From: Reclinomonas americana ATCC 50394
Taxonomy: Eukaryota
Assembly: GCA_048213135.1 (NCBI GenBank)
Contig: PS015213.1
Span: 44,567-64,066, forward strand
Length of the DNA stretch: 19,500 bases
Direction of reading: 5' to 3'
Shown here: piece by piece, positions 1 through 10,863 of the stretch
Layout of the letters: the number at the start of each line of letters is the position of its first letter
Numbering within the stretch: the stretch's first letter is position 1
The notes under the pieces: model-generated
What the model saw: the letters and a program-made list of their open reading frames with translations, nothing else
Database searches by the model: none
Told to the model about the DNA's origin: nothing
Program-made: the position numbers and the translations under genes

Positions 1-1052
1 CTGCCTCGGTCCCCGATCCGGGAAGCGACACCATCTCGTGCACCAGCTCCTCGTGCACACCGTCGCCACCACCACCACCAGCATTAGCAGCGGGTACGAC
101 CGCCTGACCTTTGCGATGATCCCTGCCGCTGTCGTCGCCGCCGTCACCGTCGGCGTCAACGTCATCGTCGCTCTTTTTGCGCGAGGCCGCCGCACGACGC
201 CACGATCCACCGCGCACATACGTTCCACTGCCAAACATGACAGCGGCCACACCGGAGCGCAGCAACTCGAAGAAGCCCGTGTACTTGCGCCACCATGAAC
301 CACTGTCGAGGAGCCACACTTGCGCCGGTCGCAGCTGACCGCGTCGAAACGCCGCCACCACTCCACGCGACACTGCAATGTGATTCGGGTGGCCGCTGAC
401 GCCACGCTCGTCAAACGTCACCACCCACTGGAACGCCGACCCACGCGCATGCTCTGCCACCACATCCGCCTGCTCTCCTCCATTGCACAATGAGTGAAGA
501 AGCAACAATGAAGTCTACTGCGCTCTCCCTCCCACTGACCACGGTGTTCACGGGCCATATGGCACGCATCGAGTCTTGCAGCTCCTCGTGGCGCACAATG
601 GTCACATCGTCGCGTTTGACACCGAGCACATGGCATGCGCGATACAACTCCTCCTCGCGACGCTGTCCGAGGCCCTCGGCGTTGCCATTGGACAGGCACA
701 AGACACTGAGTCGAGCGCCCACAGACTCCCGCAGAGTGGCGAGAGTGGGCGCAAAGAACATGGACTCGTCGTCCGGATGCGCAATCACCAGCAGTGCATG
801 TGGTGACGACACTACGATGCACGCACATAGAGAGAGAGAGAGAGAATGAATGCACATGCACGCACATGCAAGTGACTGTGAGTGAGTTAGTTGCTCACCG
901 TTTGCGCAGGCAGCTGAGAGAATGCGAGCTGCTCGTGAGCTCAGCACGCGACGCAGAAGGAACCCCAGTGCGGCGCACATGGCGAGCAGGCTGGCGAGGA
1001 GCACCGTCAGCACGAATGCCTTCAACAGTGCCTCTTCGTCCACGAGAAACAT
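1..1052 (-). CDS. PIGL: N-acetylglucosaminyl-phosphatidylinositol de-N-acetylase (PIG-L/GPI12), 3'-truncated by window edge
   Basis: Exons 1052-899, 811-540 and 469-<1, with introns 812-898 (GTGAG..TAG) and 470-539 (GTCAGT..CAG). The protein has an N-terminal TM helix, then VIAHPDDESMFFAPT, LSVLCLSNGNAEGLG.RREEEL, LQDSM..IW and VVTFDERGVSGHPNH, all PIG-L hallmarks. Confidence 0.93.
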
Positions 1053-1147
1053 AATGAGCAACAAAAGTGCGTTTTTACTCGCGACGGACTGGACGTCGAC
1101 AGGTGTTCCGCTGTCTGTCTGTCTGCGCGTGCGTGTGGAAAGCAGGC

Positions 1148-2351
1148 TCAGGCCACGGTGCACACGGAGAGCGTCGGGCACGAGGCCGACGCGGAGCAGT
1201 ACGACGGAAGCGCAAAGATGCTGCCATTGATCGGGTCGGTCTTGTACCTGTGTTTGCAGAGGCCAGTGTCAGCTAGCAGCAGGGAGAGAAGGCGGAGGAA
1301 CAAGAGACCGCCGTGTATGCGCAACGTCTGCGGGTTGAACTCAAAAAGGTCATTCGGCGCCATGTCGAGCCTGCATACAATGGTGCGACGTTCTTCAGCT
1401 GCAATTGCAGAGTATACCCTCGACCCTTTTGACCACACGCAACTCCACCGGCACGTTCGAGTCCACGGTGGCATAGTAAAAGTTGTCTTGCAGACCCTGC
1501 ACAGTCGACAATCAGCGCCTGCAAGGCCCCCCTGTTCCCTCACCATGTCTTGCGCAGACCTTCTGGTTCCACTTGTTGGTCATGTAGCCGCCAATCTGCT
1601 GCGTTCCGAGGTACTGTGCACCATGGAGCCAGTCGCGGCGAATGGTACCGCAGCCCTTGGCATCGTTGCAGCACGCGCAGCACGACTTGAGCTCGGGGAA
1701 CACGAGATATCGCATGCCGGCGACCACCAGGTGCGTGCAATTCGTGTTGGTGAGCCTGCGTCGTCGCACAAGTGAGAGACGCACGGAGGAGTGAGTGTGA
1801 GAGAGAGAGAAAAAGGCAGAGCAGGCGCAACGGGTGAATGCTTCCGCAATCTGTGTTGTTGCTGCATCAGCTCACGTGAACCTCCAACAAACGCAAAGAA
1901 AGAGGAGAGGAGACGCAACAGCGGTCGTGGCGGCCATTGGCGCGGTCAATGCGCGTGTAGTTGTGCACCTAATGCCCACCAAAAAAAGAACTTGAGAAGA
2001 CAGACAGCGAGACTCCGGGGGGGAGGCACACAATGCACTCACCGCATCATACCACCACGTTCCTGTCGTCGTGTGACTGCCACCAATGATCTTGGTGGTC
2101 TCGCTAAAGTCTGCGGTGGGTGGAGGAGCCAAGTGAGAAACACGCACGCACGCACGCACACGCACACGGAGACACACTCGCTCACCAATCTGGAAAAACG
2201 CAGGCCACACAGGCGCGTCGGGGTCGCCCAAGGCCAGCGCATGCTCGAGCTCACCCGCAGCCGCCTGCTCCACCAGCAAAGTGCTGGTGAACACCAGTGC
2301 AAACACGCAGGCGAGCGCGAGGAAGAGAAGCGAGGTGCTCTGGCGCGACAT
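1148..2351 (-). CDS. Secreted cysteine-rich protein, probably ependymin-related (EPDR/LolA-like fold) protist family
   Basis: 8 exons: 2351-2186, 2110-2043, 1968-1920, 1850-1832, 1755-1560, 1496-1444, 1370-1326, 1247-1148. A signal peptide is followed by APVWPAFFQIDFSE..TTTGTWWYDA..TRIDRANGRHDRYCGS..NCTHLVVAGMRYLVFPELKSCCACCNDAKGCG..W..AQYLG..W..GLQDNFYY..P..IFALPSYC. The CDS is firm; the family is inferred from the P..P..F / G..YD / F.LP..C pattern. Confidence 0.7.
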
Positions 2352-2443
2352 TTTTGTTGTCAAGTAAAGAATGATAAGATGTTCCGCGCGGGTCAACGGA
2401 GGACACAAGACTCGTCACTTGACGCACAGGCAGTCAGAGGTCG
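2352..2443. promoter_or_regulatory. Putative bidirectional promoter between the secreted-protein gene and PRIMPOL
   Basis: 92-bp head-to-head spacer with a local AT-rich patch (ttttgttgtcaagtaaagaatgataag). Inferred from gene geometry only. Confidence 0.45.
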
Positions 2444-4552
2444 ATGTCGCATGTGCTGCGTGTGACTCTTGACCAGCGACGAGCGGCGTATCATGCCAAG
2501 CGGTGAGCTGTGTGTGTCGAGATGGAAACCTTACACAAATCCTCTTCTCACACTCACGCTCGTGCAGGCGACTGTGGCAGGAGTTTGGTACGCAAAAGGA
2601 GGCGTTTGAGTATGCCGACGAGCATGCAGCGCAGTGCTTGTATTTCACGTATGAGGATGGCGATGAGGATGGCGTGAGGTATGAGGATCGCAGTGTTGCA
2701 TGCATGCATGCATGCATGCAGGCAGGGCTTCTCATCACCACATGCAGGCGTTTCCTGGTCACCACGGTGGTGGATCTGTGGTTTCGATACAAGAGCATTC
2801 CAGTGGTGCGACGACTTGTCTCTGATCTCATGCACGGCAGTCTCCTTCTCATCGCATGTTGGCGCGCACAGTCACGGCGCCATTTCTACGAGATCATTCG
2901 CGAGGGGATGCCGTGCTGCTTGTACATTGATGCCGAGTACATGCGAGACTCTGCGCCGTTGCGTCAAGTGCTGTTGTGCTGCTGTGATCGGCGACGGCTG
3001 CTGATGGAGAAGCAGTGTCGAGTGGCTGGACGCGGGTCATCCGCGACGCGTGTGCGAGGTGCTGGTGGAGGCCGCCATCCGAGCGTTTGCCGATCTGTTT
3101 GCTGTGGAGTGTTCTCGGTGCGCGCACACGTCTCTTCACGTCGCTTCCGCGTTCGCTGTCGTCACTCGGGCGCTTCGCAGCTCGCATGTCATTGTGTTGG
3201 ACTCGTCGACACCGGAAAAGTTCTCTCGCCATCTGATCTTTCGCGTGCCTGGCGTGGCGTTTGCGTCCAACGTGCATGGTGCGCGCGCTTCGGCCCTGTG
3301 CTGCTCTCCTCAGTGTTGACTGAACCCTCGCGCGCGCAGTCGGTCGCTTTGTGACGGCGCTGCTTCGACGAGTGCCGGAGACGCAGCGGCCGCTGTTGCA
3401 GCACGACATGCAGTGGATTGTCGATGCGGCAGTGTACACGCGCAACCGCAACTTTCGGGTGTGGGGATCGAGCAAGTATGGGCATGCGGCGACAGTTACG
3501 CGGCGCACTACCGTGGTGGCAATCGCAGACGGCTTTGCTGATCTTTGCCAAAAAAAAAACACGCAGTTGTGTCGCGACGACGACTGCGCATACGACATGT
3601 CGGCCATTCGCGACGAGGAGCCGTACTTGGCGATGGAGCAGGATGCCGAGTACTTTGCCGCCTCACTGGTCACCTATTTTCCGCGTGCGCATCGTCGCTC
3701 GTGGCGCCTCCTCGAGCTGCCCGAGTCAACGTTGCGCGAAGACGCAGAGAAGTTCACGAGTGCACTGCCGCGTGGTCTCCTCTCGCGCTTCGTGTGGGGC
3801 TCAGCATTTGCCGCCGAGTCCACTGGAGCACAGTCGGGTGTGGAGTCTGTGTCGCCCTTTCCGCAACTCGACGAGTACGTGATGCAGACCATGGTGGTGC
3901 CGGTGGCCGGAGGTCGCTCGGTGAGAGGCGGAGGAAGGTTGTTGTTGCACGCTCTTCAACAGGAGCTCTCACCCTTCGCCTCCTTCTCTCTCTCTAGGTC
4001 TCGTTTCGGTCGTGGCAGCTGTCGCCGAGCACACGAACGCTGACGCTGGCAGTCGCCGGCTCGCGTTACTGCCGCAATGTTGGTCGCGAGCACAGGAGCA
4101 ACGGCGTGTATCTCGTGTGTGACTTGGGGTTGCGTGGCATTTTTTCGTTATGCTCTATTCGATGTGCGCTCAACAAGCATTGTGGCTTCAGTCGCGGACA
4201 CGTTGTGCAGCGCTGCTGGGACCCCGACTGTCACGGATTCAGTTCAGGTGCTGCTTGTGTTTTCGACATGAGAAAGAGTGTGCTTGTTTTGCTGATTACG
4301 GCGTGACAGCACCGGTGTTGATCCCGCCGGGCCTGCTGCCGCCAGAGTACGTTGTCCGTCAGCCCGACACGATTTCGCTGGAATTTGGTTTGCGCACACG
4401 CACAGGCTCGTTGTGCTCACCTCAGTGGTTCTCACTTCCGATCACACGCAGGTGCGCTGACGGACGACGATCTGCAAGCCATCGACGCAGTGTTTGCAAC
4501 ACAGCTCGAGCGCCGTCACAGGCAGCTGCAGGTCAGCCGCCCACTTGAGTAA
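2444..4552 (+). CDS. PRIMPOL: DNA primase-polymerase PrimPol (AEP catalytic domain plus UL52-type Zn finger)
   Basis: About 11 exons. The spliced protein has RRFLVTT, HFYEIIREGMPCCLYIDAEY (motif I DxE), KFSRHLIF (motif II SxH), VDAAVYTRNRNFRVWGSSKYG (motif III), SPFPQLD, and the Zn finger RYCRNVGREHRSNGVY..QRCWDPDC. Stop TAA at 4550-4552. Confidence 0.95.
2697..2720. repeat. (TGCA)6 self-complementary microsatellite inside a PrimPol intron
   Basis: Read directly: tgcatgcatgcatgcatgcatgca. Confidence 0.9.
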
Positions 4553-4651
4553 TGTGCATTCATCTTCACTCACTTTCCGAAGCTGACACAGGCTGACAGC
4601 AGCTACGCCATGCAAGATGACGAGGAGGAGCAAGAAGGAGATTGATCTTGC

Positions 4652-5623
4652 CTATCCGCTGCCTGCGTGCTGCTCCACCACCGCAAGTCCGTCGGCAAAG
4701 GTGGACACTACAGTGCCGCACTCGTGCCGGATGAAGCGCCGAAAGGCCGCCAGTGACTCCTGCCAAGATGATGGGTCAGCGTGTGGCTGACGAAAAATGA
4801 GACAGTGGCCCGACGGATTTACCGCTTCGACTCGCTTCTCGATGTCTGCGTTGCCGCTGATGGCCAGAGCGGATGCATCGGGCATCAGCAACGCATCGAG
4901 AGCCGCATCCAGAGCGCGCCAGTTGCCAATGGCGATGACCGGGAGTGGTCGTCGTGGCGCGTCAGAATCATCGCTCGTGCTGTTGAGGAAGGTTTCGACA
5001 CTGCGCAATCGCCGTGTGAAGACTACCGGTGTGCTGTGTATTGCTGGGCAGGAGAACGTACCGCTCTTGCACAGCAGCTGGCGTTACTGCCGAGGGACCG
5101 TCGCCTCCTCGTGTGTGGTTCACTACGAAAATTGGTGGGCGAAGTGAATAACTTCGAACACCGCGAACGCATTTGTACCTATGAGAAGCACAGGGCGTGC
5201 GAAAACTCGAACACTCTGTTGAATGGTGTGCAGTGGCAGCACACTGTCGAGCCGCTGTGCACGCCATCTCAGTGAGCACATCACCATGTCAACCACTTCG
5301 CCATGTCAGCAATACCTCTTCCACATTGCTGTCGTCAACGCTTTCGTCCTCCACCATCACCACTCGACGCACCTGCGCCAGGTCCACCAAGCACAAACCG
5401 AGCCCATGCGTCGGCAGAATCAAGTGTGCGTCGCGAATAGTCTCCGACACTGCACGAATTGAAGTTGCGGGTTGTTCCGACCAGTCGACCAATCTCCATC
5501 ATGCAACTCACCTCGCACCACGCGGAAACGCTTCTCCAGCGCGGACTTGACCTCCCAGAAGAGTGGCGAGGAAGAGGCGAGGATCGCCGGCTCTGATCGC
5601 AAAGTCGATTCCTGGTGTTGCAT
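4652..5623 (-). CDS. SPO16/SCRE (C1orf146)/PTD-like protein with an ERCC1-like inactive nuclease fold
   Basis: About 6 exons. The spliced N-terminus AILASSSPLFWEVKSALEKRFRVVRVSETIRDAHLILPTHGLGLCLVD closely parallels my recollection of vertebrate C1orf146 ([48 protein letters not shown]). Later come PVLLIV and ..QERVETFL..LPVIAIGN. Stop TAG at 4652-4654. Confidence 0.65.
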
Positions 5624-5682
5624 GATTTTCTCTGTTCTCTCACGAGCACAAACTACAAACTTTTCAGAGGACAACTCGTTCA

Positions 5683-7444
5683 CTACGTTGACGCCGGTGC
5701 AATGTCGACTCTCATGTTGACATATGAGATCGAGTCCTTGTTCGTGTAGGGATTCGTTCCGGCGTACCCGGCTGTCCGGCCGGGCACCTTGGTCAGCGTG
5801 ACCCTGAATTGCACGGGGTCCGTCTCGAACGTGAAGGCGCTTGTAAATCTGTGCGTGAGTGCGTGTTGTACATGTGAGGTACTCGATGAGGTGTGCGATA
5901 TGCGAGAAGCGGACGGAACGAGTCGTCGCGGGCGTCGACCAGACTCGTGGACACGGCGACGAATTCGTGTTGCGCGTCGTCGGGACCGTCGGGCGAGTTG
6001 AAAATGTTGGCCGACCTGCAGCACCACCACAGGAGAATGGATTCAGTTGGAAGGCGGGAAAGACATGCATGTACGACGCAAGACTCACGTCAGCGCGCGA
6101 ATGTGGCGTTCGCGTCCCAACAGTGGCGACTGCGACGATCGAGGGAGGTGTGAGCAGAAAAAGTCAACGAAGCAAAGACTTGCTATCACACACGCACCTT
6201 CCACGGCGCAAACTCGACTACGCCCGTCTTCAGATGGATTCGGTCATCTTGCGTGAGGTACGTCATGGAGGCATTGTCGAGGGCGAAGCCGCGCGGGTTG
6301 GAGCGCTCGGTGGCGGCCGTGATGTTGATGAAGATGCCGCCACCAGCACCGACCACAACACCCACTGGATCCGGCGAATTCACTCCAACAATCACCAGCG
6401 CCGTGTCCTCGTCCATGCCCACTGCAAACTGCGAGCCACGCGGCAAATATCGTGTGTCCCATGCCAGGCGCAGGAGGCGACCTGTGGCGCAGCAGTCTGT
6501 GTGAATCACTCCTCTCCAGCCACATCGCCACGACACGCGCTTCACCTTGACGGCCTCGCGGTGCCACGTGCGTGTCGAGCAGGCCCCACGGGAACGACGG
6601 AATGCCACCCTCCGGCACATACACCACCGTGTAGGGATGCGTTTGCTTCCCGTACACTTCCGCCCCATCCAGCAGCGCATCCCACGAGTAGCCGCCCTCC
6701 ACCATCACCTTGGCCGTCTGCACAGCGGTGCCGGCGGAGCTGCCAGAGATCACGGCGCCAGCCTGCTGGAACCGGTCCATGATGGCCTGCAGCACCGGCG
6801 ACACCACACGCTGTCCACTGTCGTCTGTGTTGTAAAACGACGACACAATGCGGATCTGATCGCCGCCGGAGAAGAAGAAGCCGGTGCATTGCTGCGCAAT
6901 GTGCACCACATCGGGGTTGGAGTTGTTGGCGCGGTGCTGCATGTCGACGGGAATCCAGTGCACCGCCGCCGGGTGATACGACAGGAAAATCTCCTGCATG
7001 GCCTCCCATGCAGAAGGCTGGTGGTGTGGTGCAGTGAGTCACACGAGCAAGAGAGGGGAGAGGAAGGGGTGGACGTACTGGATCAATGTCGGCGGCGGTG
7101 ATCACACCAATGACTGCAGCGCCCTTGCCGCCGGCCAAGTCGACAATCTGTTGGATGATCAAGGGCTGGTCGTCCTGTTATGTGCGCAGTGCATGCATGT
7201 GCATGTGTGCATGTGAGAGAGAGAGAGGGACAGGCAAGGAGAGTACTTGTGTGCATGCACGTACCCAGTCGCCCGAGGGACCGCCGATCAACACGAGTGA
7301 GCCTGCGCGCGGAGCCGATGATGCTTGCGCCTGCTGGTGCCACCCGTACGCACAGAAGATCACCACGCTGGCCGTGAGCACGCATGAGAGCATGAGCACC
7401 AGTCGCACGTGTGGCGACGTGGTGACGGCGCCGCCCGAGTACAT
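5683..7444 (-). CDS. Cyanophycinase-like serine peptidase (peptidase S51) with N-terminal signal or anchor
   Basis: 7 exons. A hydrophobic N-terminus precedes SLVLIGG, VIGVITAA, GFFFSGGDQIRI, VISGSSAG (catalytic Ser), LLDTHVAPRGRQGRL (catalytic His region) and AVGMDEDTALV (Glu). A C-terminal extension ends ..YVNMRVDIAPAST*. Confidence 0.88.
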
Positions 7445-7522
7445 CGCGAGAAGATTATGATTATCGATATCTCGGAAATTTGCTTCACTCAGTCTTTCTC
7501 TCTCCGTGCACGTGAGAGGAGC
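7445..7522. promoter_or_regulatory. Putative bidirectional promoter between the cyanophycinase and unknown genes
   Basis: 78-bp head-to-head spacer, AT-rich (gattatgattatcgatatc..aaattt). Inferred from geometry. Confidence 0.45.
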
Positions 7523-9064
7523 ATGTCGAGTGGCTCCTCGTCAAGCGATGCCGCAGAGGGTGGTCACTCTCGCTCTGTCGATGGACCAGAGGATGTCTTC
7601 CCACTGCTCCTGGAGGCGCTCAAGACACGCGACATGGAAGGCGTGCTTCGACTCATGCCTCGTGTGCAGACGCATCACCGACTTGCTGTCGACTGTCTCG
7701 TGGTGCGTGCGTGTTACTATGGCAGCTGCAGCGCGTCCATGCACCTTGTGTCACCCCTGTTACTCCTCAGGAAGCATCTCGGCGGCACGTCTACAGTGCA
7801 ATGCGCATTCTGATCCGTTTCGTTCCTTACGGTGTGGTCGCCGTCGTTCGTCTCGCTCTTTAGAGTGCATCAGCAGCGTCTCAGTGTTTCATAGATGCGA
7901 GGCTATTCATCGAATGCCTTGCTGCACTGCGAGAGATGGCAAGAGGCTGCGCTCAAAGAACTGACTTCAGTGCCGATCAGTTGCCCGGAGACTTGCGACC
8001 TCGTGCTGAACTTCGACGTGTGCTCAGAGCCCGACATCGTGCCGCGTCAGCTCCAGCTCCCGGCCGCGGTGTGCCGTCATCCAACTCATCCAACCGCAGT
8101 TCGAAATCGTCGTCCACTTCAACCTCCACACATCGCAGCCATGGTTCCGGCTCTGCAGGCTCCGGCTCGGGGCGCGCGCCTGCCGAAGACGAGGTCTGTT
8201 CCTCACGTGTGGTGTACATGTGTTTGTTGAGTGCTGACGATGTTGCATGCGTGCAGGATTCGGAGGAAGACATGCTGGCAACAATCCGCGAGCTGACGCG
8301 GAGTGAGTTCACTACTCACATGGGCCAGCACATTCCGGAACGGGCAGTGCTGGTCTCCATGATCAAGAGGGACGACGACGACTACTGGTGTCGGGTCAAT
8401 GCCGGCGGTGGACCAAGCGTCAGGATCGCACGCCAACCGAGTACACAGGAGCAGGCGTTTTGCCACCTTCACATGGTTTTGTGATCATGTGTGCTCCTTC
8501 CACGCAGTGCATGAAGAGTCTTATGTGGCCTACCAGGTTCCCTACACCGTATACGATGCTGTCACGGGTTTACCAAAAGGCTTCATCGACGAAACGGGTG
8601 CCTACCACCACAAGGGCTACGGGAGCCAACGCGTCACGGCGACGATGGTGGAGAGATTCCTGGAGTCTTGTCTCGAGAACGGCCGACAGCAGAGCTCCCA
8701 GGCAGCACTGTTTCTCCGTCTCTGGCGTCAAGCACCGCGGAAGTTCCTGTCTGCAGGTTTTCACAGTCACCGCGACGATCCGCTCCACATCACTGTCTGC
8801 CTCCTGGATTGGGGCCAGTGGCACATCTATCCGGTTCCTGCCTCTGGTGCGGCTGTCAAGGGCAACAGGAAGTTTTTCCCTCTGATGCCGGGATCGAAGA
8901 GCCTTTACATGCTCAATCGAATCACCGGCGGCCGTGTGGTCCGCTGTCGTGGTGGGAGCCTCTTCAAGGCCTTATTCAAAATCGACGAGGAATCCGTGTC
9001 GGCATTAGAGGGTGGAATGGACATCGAAGCCTACTGTGTCGCACGCTTCAAGCTTGAGCTGTAG
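7523..9064 (+). CDS. Hypothetical protein: helical N-terminus, Ser-rich linker, globular C-terminal domain with a H-x-H..HIT..HIY motif
   Basis: ATG at 7523, donors at 7703, ~8194 and ~8441 with good acceptors. The last exon (~8508-9064) is long and open and ends in TAG. Exon boundaries around 7815-7895 are uncertain. Confidence 0.7.
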
Positions 9065-9114
9065 TTAATATTGAAAATGCCTGCCAACTGTCGTCGAAGG
9101 AAACATGCAATCAT

Positions 9115-10731
9115 TCATTCTTCACCACCACCACTTCCACCCTCGCCTCCACCACCACCCACAACTGGCAGGCTCGACGCCGAGAGCTTGCGCCAGAGAT
9201 GCTCGCTGCTGCGCACGGTCTCGTACTTTGGCGGGTGCTCATCATCGACACACGATGGGAGGCAGGAGACGACGGTGTCTGGCGACGGCCCCGTGAAGAA
9301 CACAATGGAGATGCGGTCGTTGCCGCGGTCGGGCGACGATGGCGGCAGCGCCACGCGATGCATGTTGGAGACGAAGCGATCGTTGGTCCACAGCTGCGAA
9401 GATTGGTGACGATTGCTTCAGCTGCCACGCACACAACACACACAGGAGTCTCTTCACGGAGCGAACCTGAATGAGATCGCCGCAGTTGACGGTGAAGCCG
9501 CCCTTGATTGGCGGGCAGTCGATGAACTCGCCGTCGGGCATCAACACCTGCAGTCCGCCCGGTGCGTCATCTTGCCGCAGAATGGTGTATCCTGCATTGA
9601 TCACAGCGAGTTCACGAGGCTTGTGTTATCGAGGAAACTGGACGGCATGCGCAAGCAGTGTGTGTACCTTCGTAATCCGTGTGCTCGCCGTACCGAAGCT
9701 GCATCGTCGTGGACAATCAGGTGAGTGTAACGCGGAGGCAGCCATCAATTGCTCAATCGCCAAACCTGTCTTGGCAGCGCCTGTGAGGGCTCCACGTGCG
9801 GGTAGTGAGCCAGTCGCAGAGAGCAGCTTGGTTGTGTGAAGAAGGGCTCGAAAAAGTCGCGGGGCATATCGAGAGCCAACGCAGTCAGCTCCATCATGGT
9901 GTGCAACAGCCGCGTCATCTCCGCCCAGTACTCGTACACTGCGTGCAGTGCGATTGTGAGGCAGACACACGCACAGAGAGAGTGAGTGGGAGAGGGAGAG
10001 CACGCTGGCGCACTTGTCTCCTTGTACCCAGCAGGTGTTTCCGGAATAACATCGGTGGGTTTGTGATGCACCTCGATGCTCTCCACCAAGTCGGCCGGTC
10101 GCACTGGCGTTGCCGTGGCCAGTGGCTGTGGATCAACACAATCAACAAAGCGTGCTCCCAAGTCGAGGCAACAAAGGAGAAACTTTTCCATCGGCGGCAC
10201 TCTGCGTGGCGCTGACTTGTTCGACTCCCTGCGGCACGTATCCTACGCAAGGCGCGATATTAGCGTTCTACCAACCGTGTAGGTCGCAAACGCCCTTCTC
10301 ATGCACACCTCCATATCCGTAGCTGCGAAAACGCGCAGAGTCAGTGAGGTGGACGATCAACTCCGAACACGGTCACCACTCACCCTTTCCCGAGGTTGGA
10401 CCGCTGCTTTTCCTCGAGTGGAAGTGAGAAGAACTCTTGCGCCACGCCGTATACACGTTCTTGCAACTCGTCGGATACTCCATGCCCCACCACATTCGCA
10501 AAGCCAACTGTTGTGCGAGTGAGAAGAGAGATCGAGATGCGATGACGATGCGATGTGATTGGACAACTCACCAGTGGAGAATGCCGCCTTCCACGCAGCA
10601 ATCACCTCCTGCGTCACAGAATGAGGGCACGAGAGGCACACACACACGAGTGAAAGGAAGGCCACCTCTTTCCCAGGCGCGTCATTGACAAATGCTGAGA
10701 TGTCGACGAGAGGAATGCGCTGTGGAGGCAT
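9115..10731 (-). CDS. 2-oxoglutarate/Fe(II)-dependent dioxygenase, IPNS/DIOX family (copy A)
   Basis: 10 exons. Motifs IPLVDIS, VGFANVVGHGV, FFSLPLEEK, LRLAHYP, YGEHTDY (HxD), GGLQV, VNCGDLIQLWTNDRFVSNMHRV (distal His) and RISIVFF (RxS). Confidence 0.93.
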
Positions 10732-10863
10732 GGAACTCTTGAGCTTGGGAAGTCACAAAAGACCAACACAGTCCCCCACTCAACGCACCCACACACGGCT
10801 CATTGGAGACTAGTAATCGGAAAAAACACAACGAGGACAACTGTTGGTCGACGTTCTTTTGTT

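Noticed and set aside
829-845. (GA)n, (CA)n and (TGCA)n tracts here and in many other introns as a repeat array or CRISPR-like structure
   Set aside because: They are simple intronic microsatellites and pyrimidine tracts with no repeat-spacer periodicity.
3549-3559. A-run in PRIMPOL as a frameshift or slippage site
   Set aside because: It most likely lies in an in-frame 72-nt intron (3495-3566) between the branch point and acceptor. The frame is intact either way.
2444-4552. PrimPol as the replicase of an integrated virus or mobile element
   Set aside because: It has the cellular eukaryotic PRIMPOL architecture and many introns, with no capsid, helicase or integrase neighbours.
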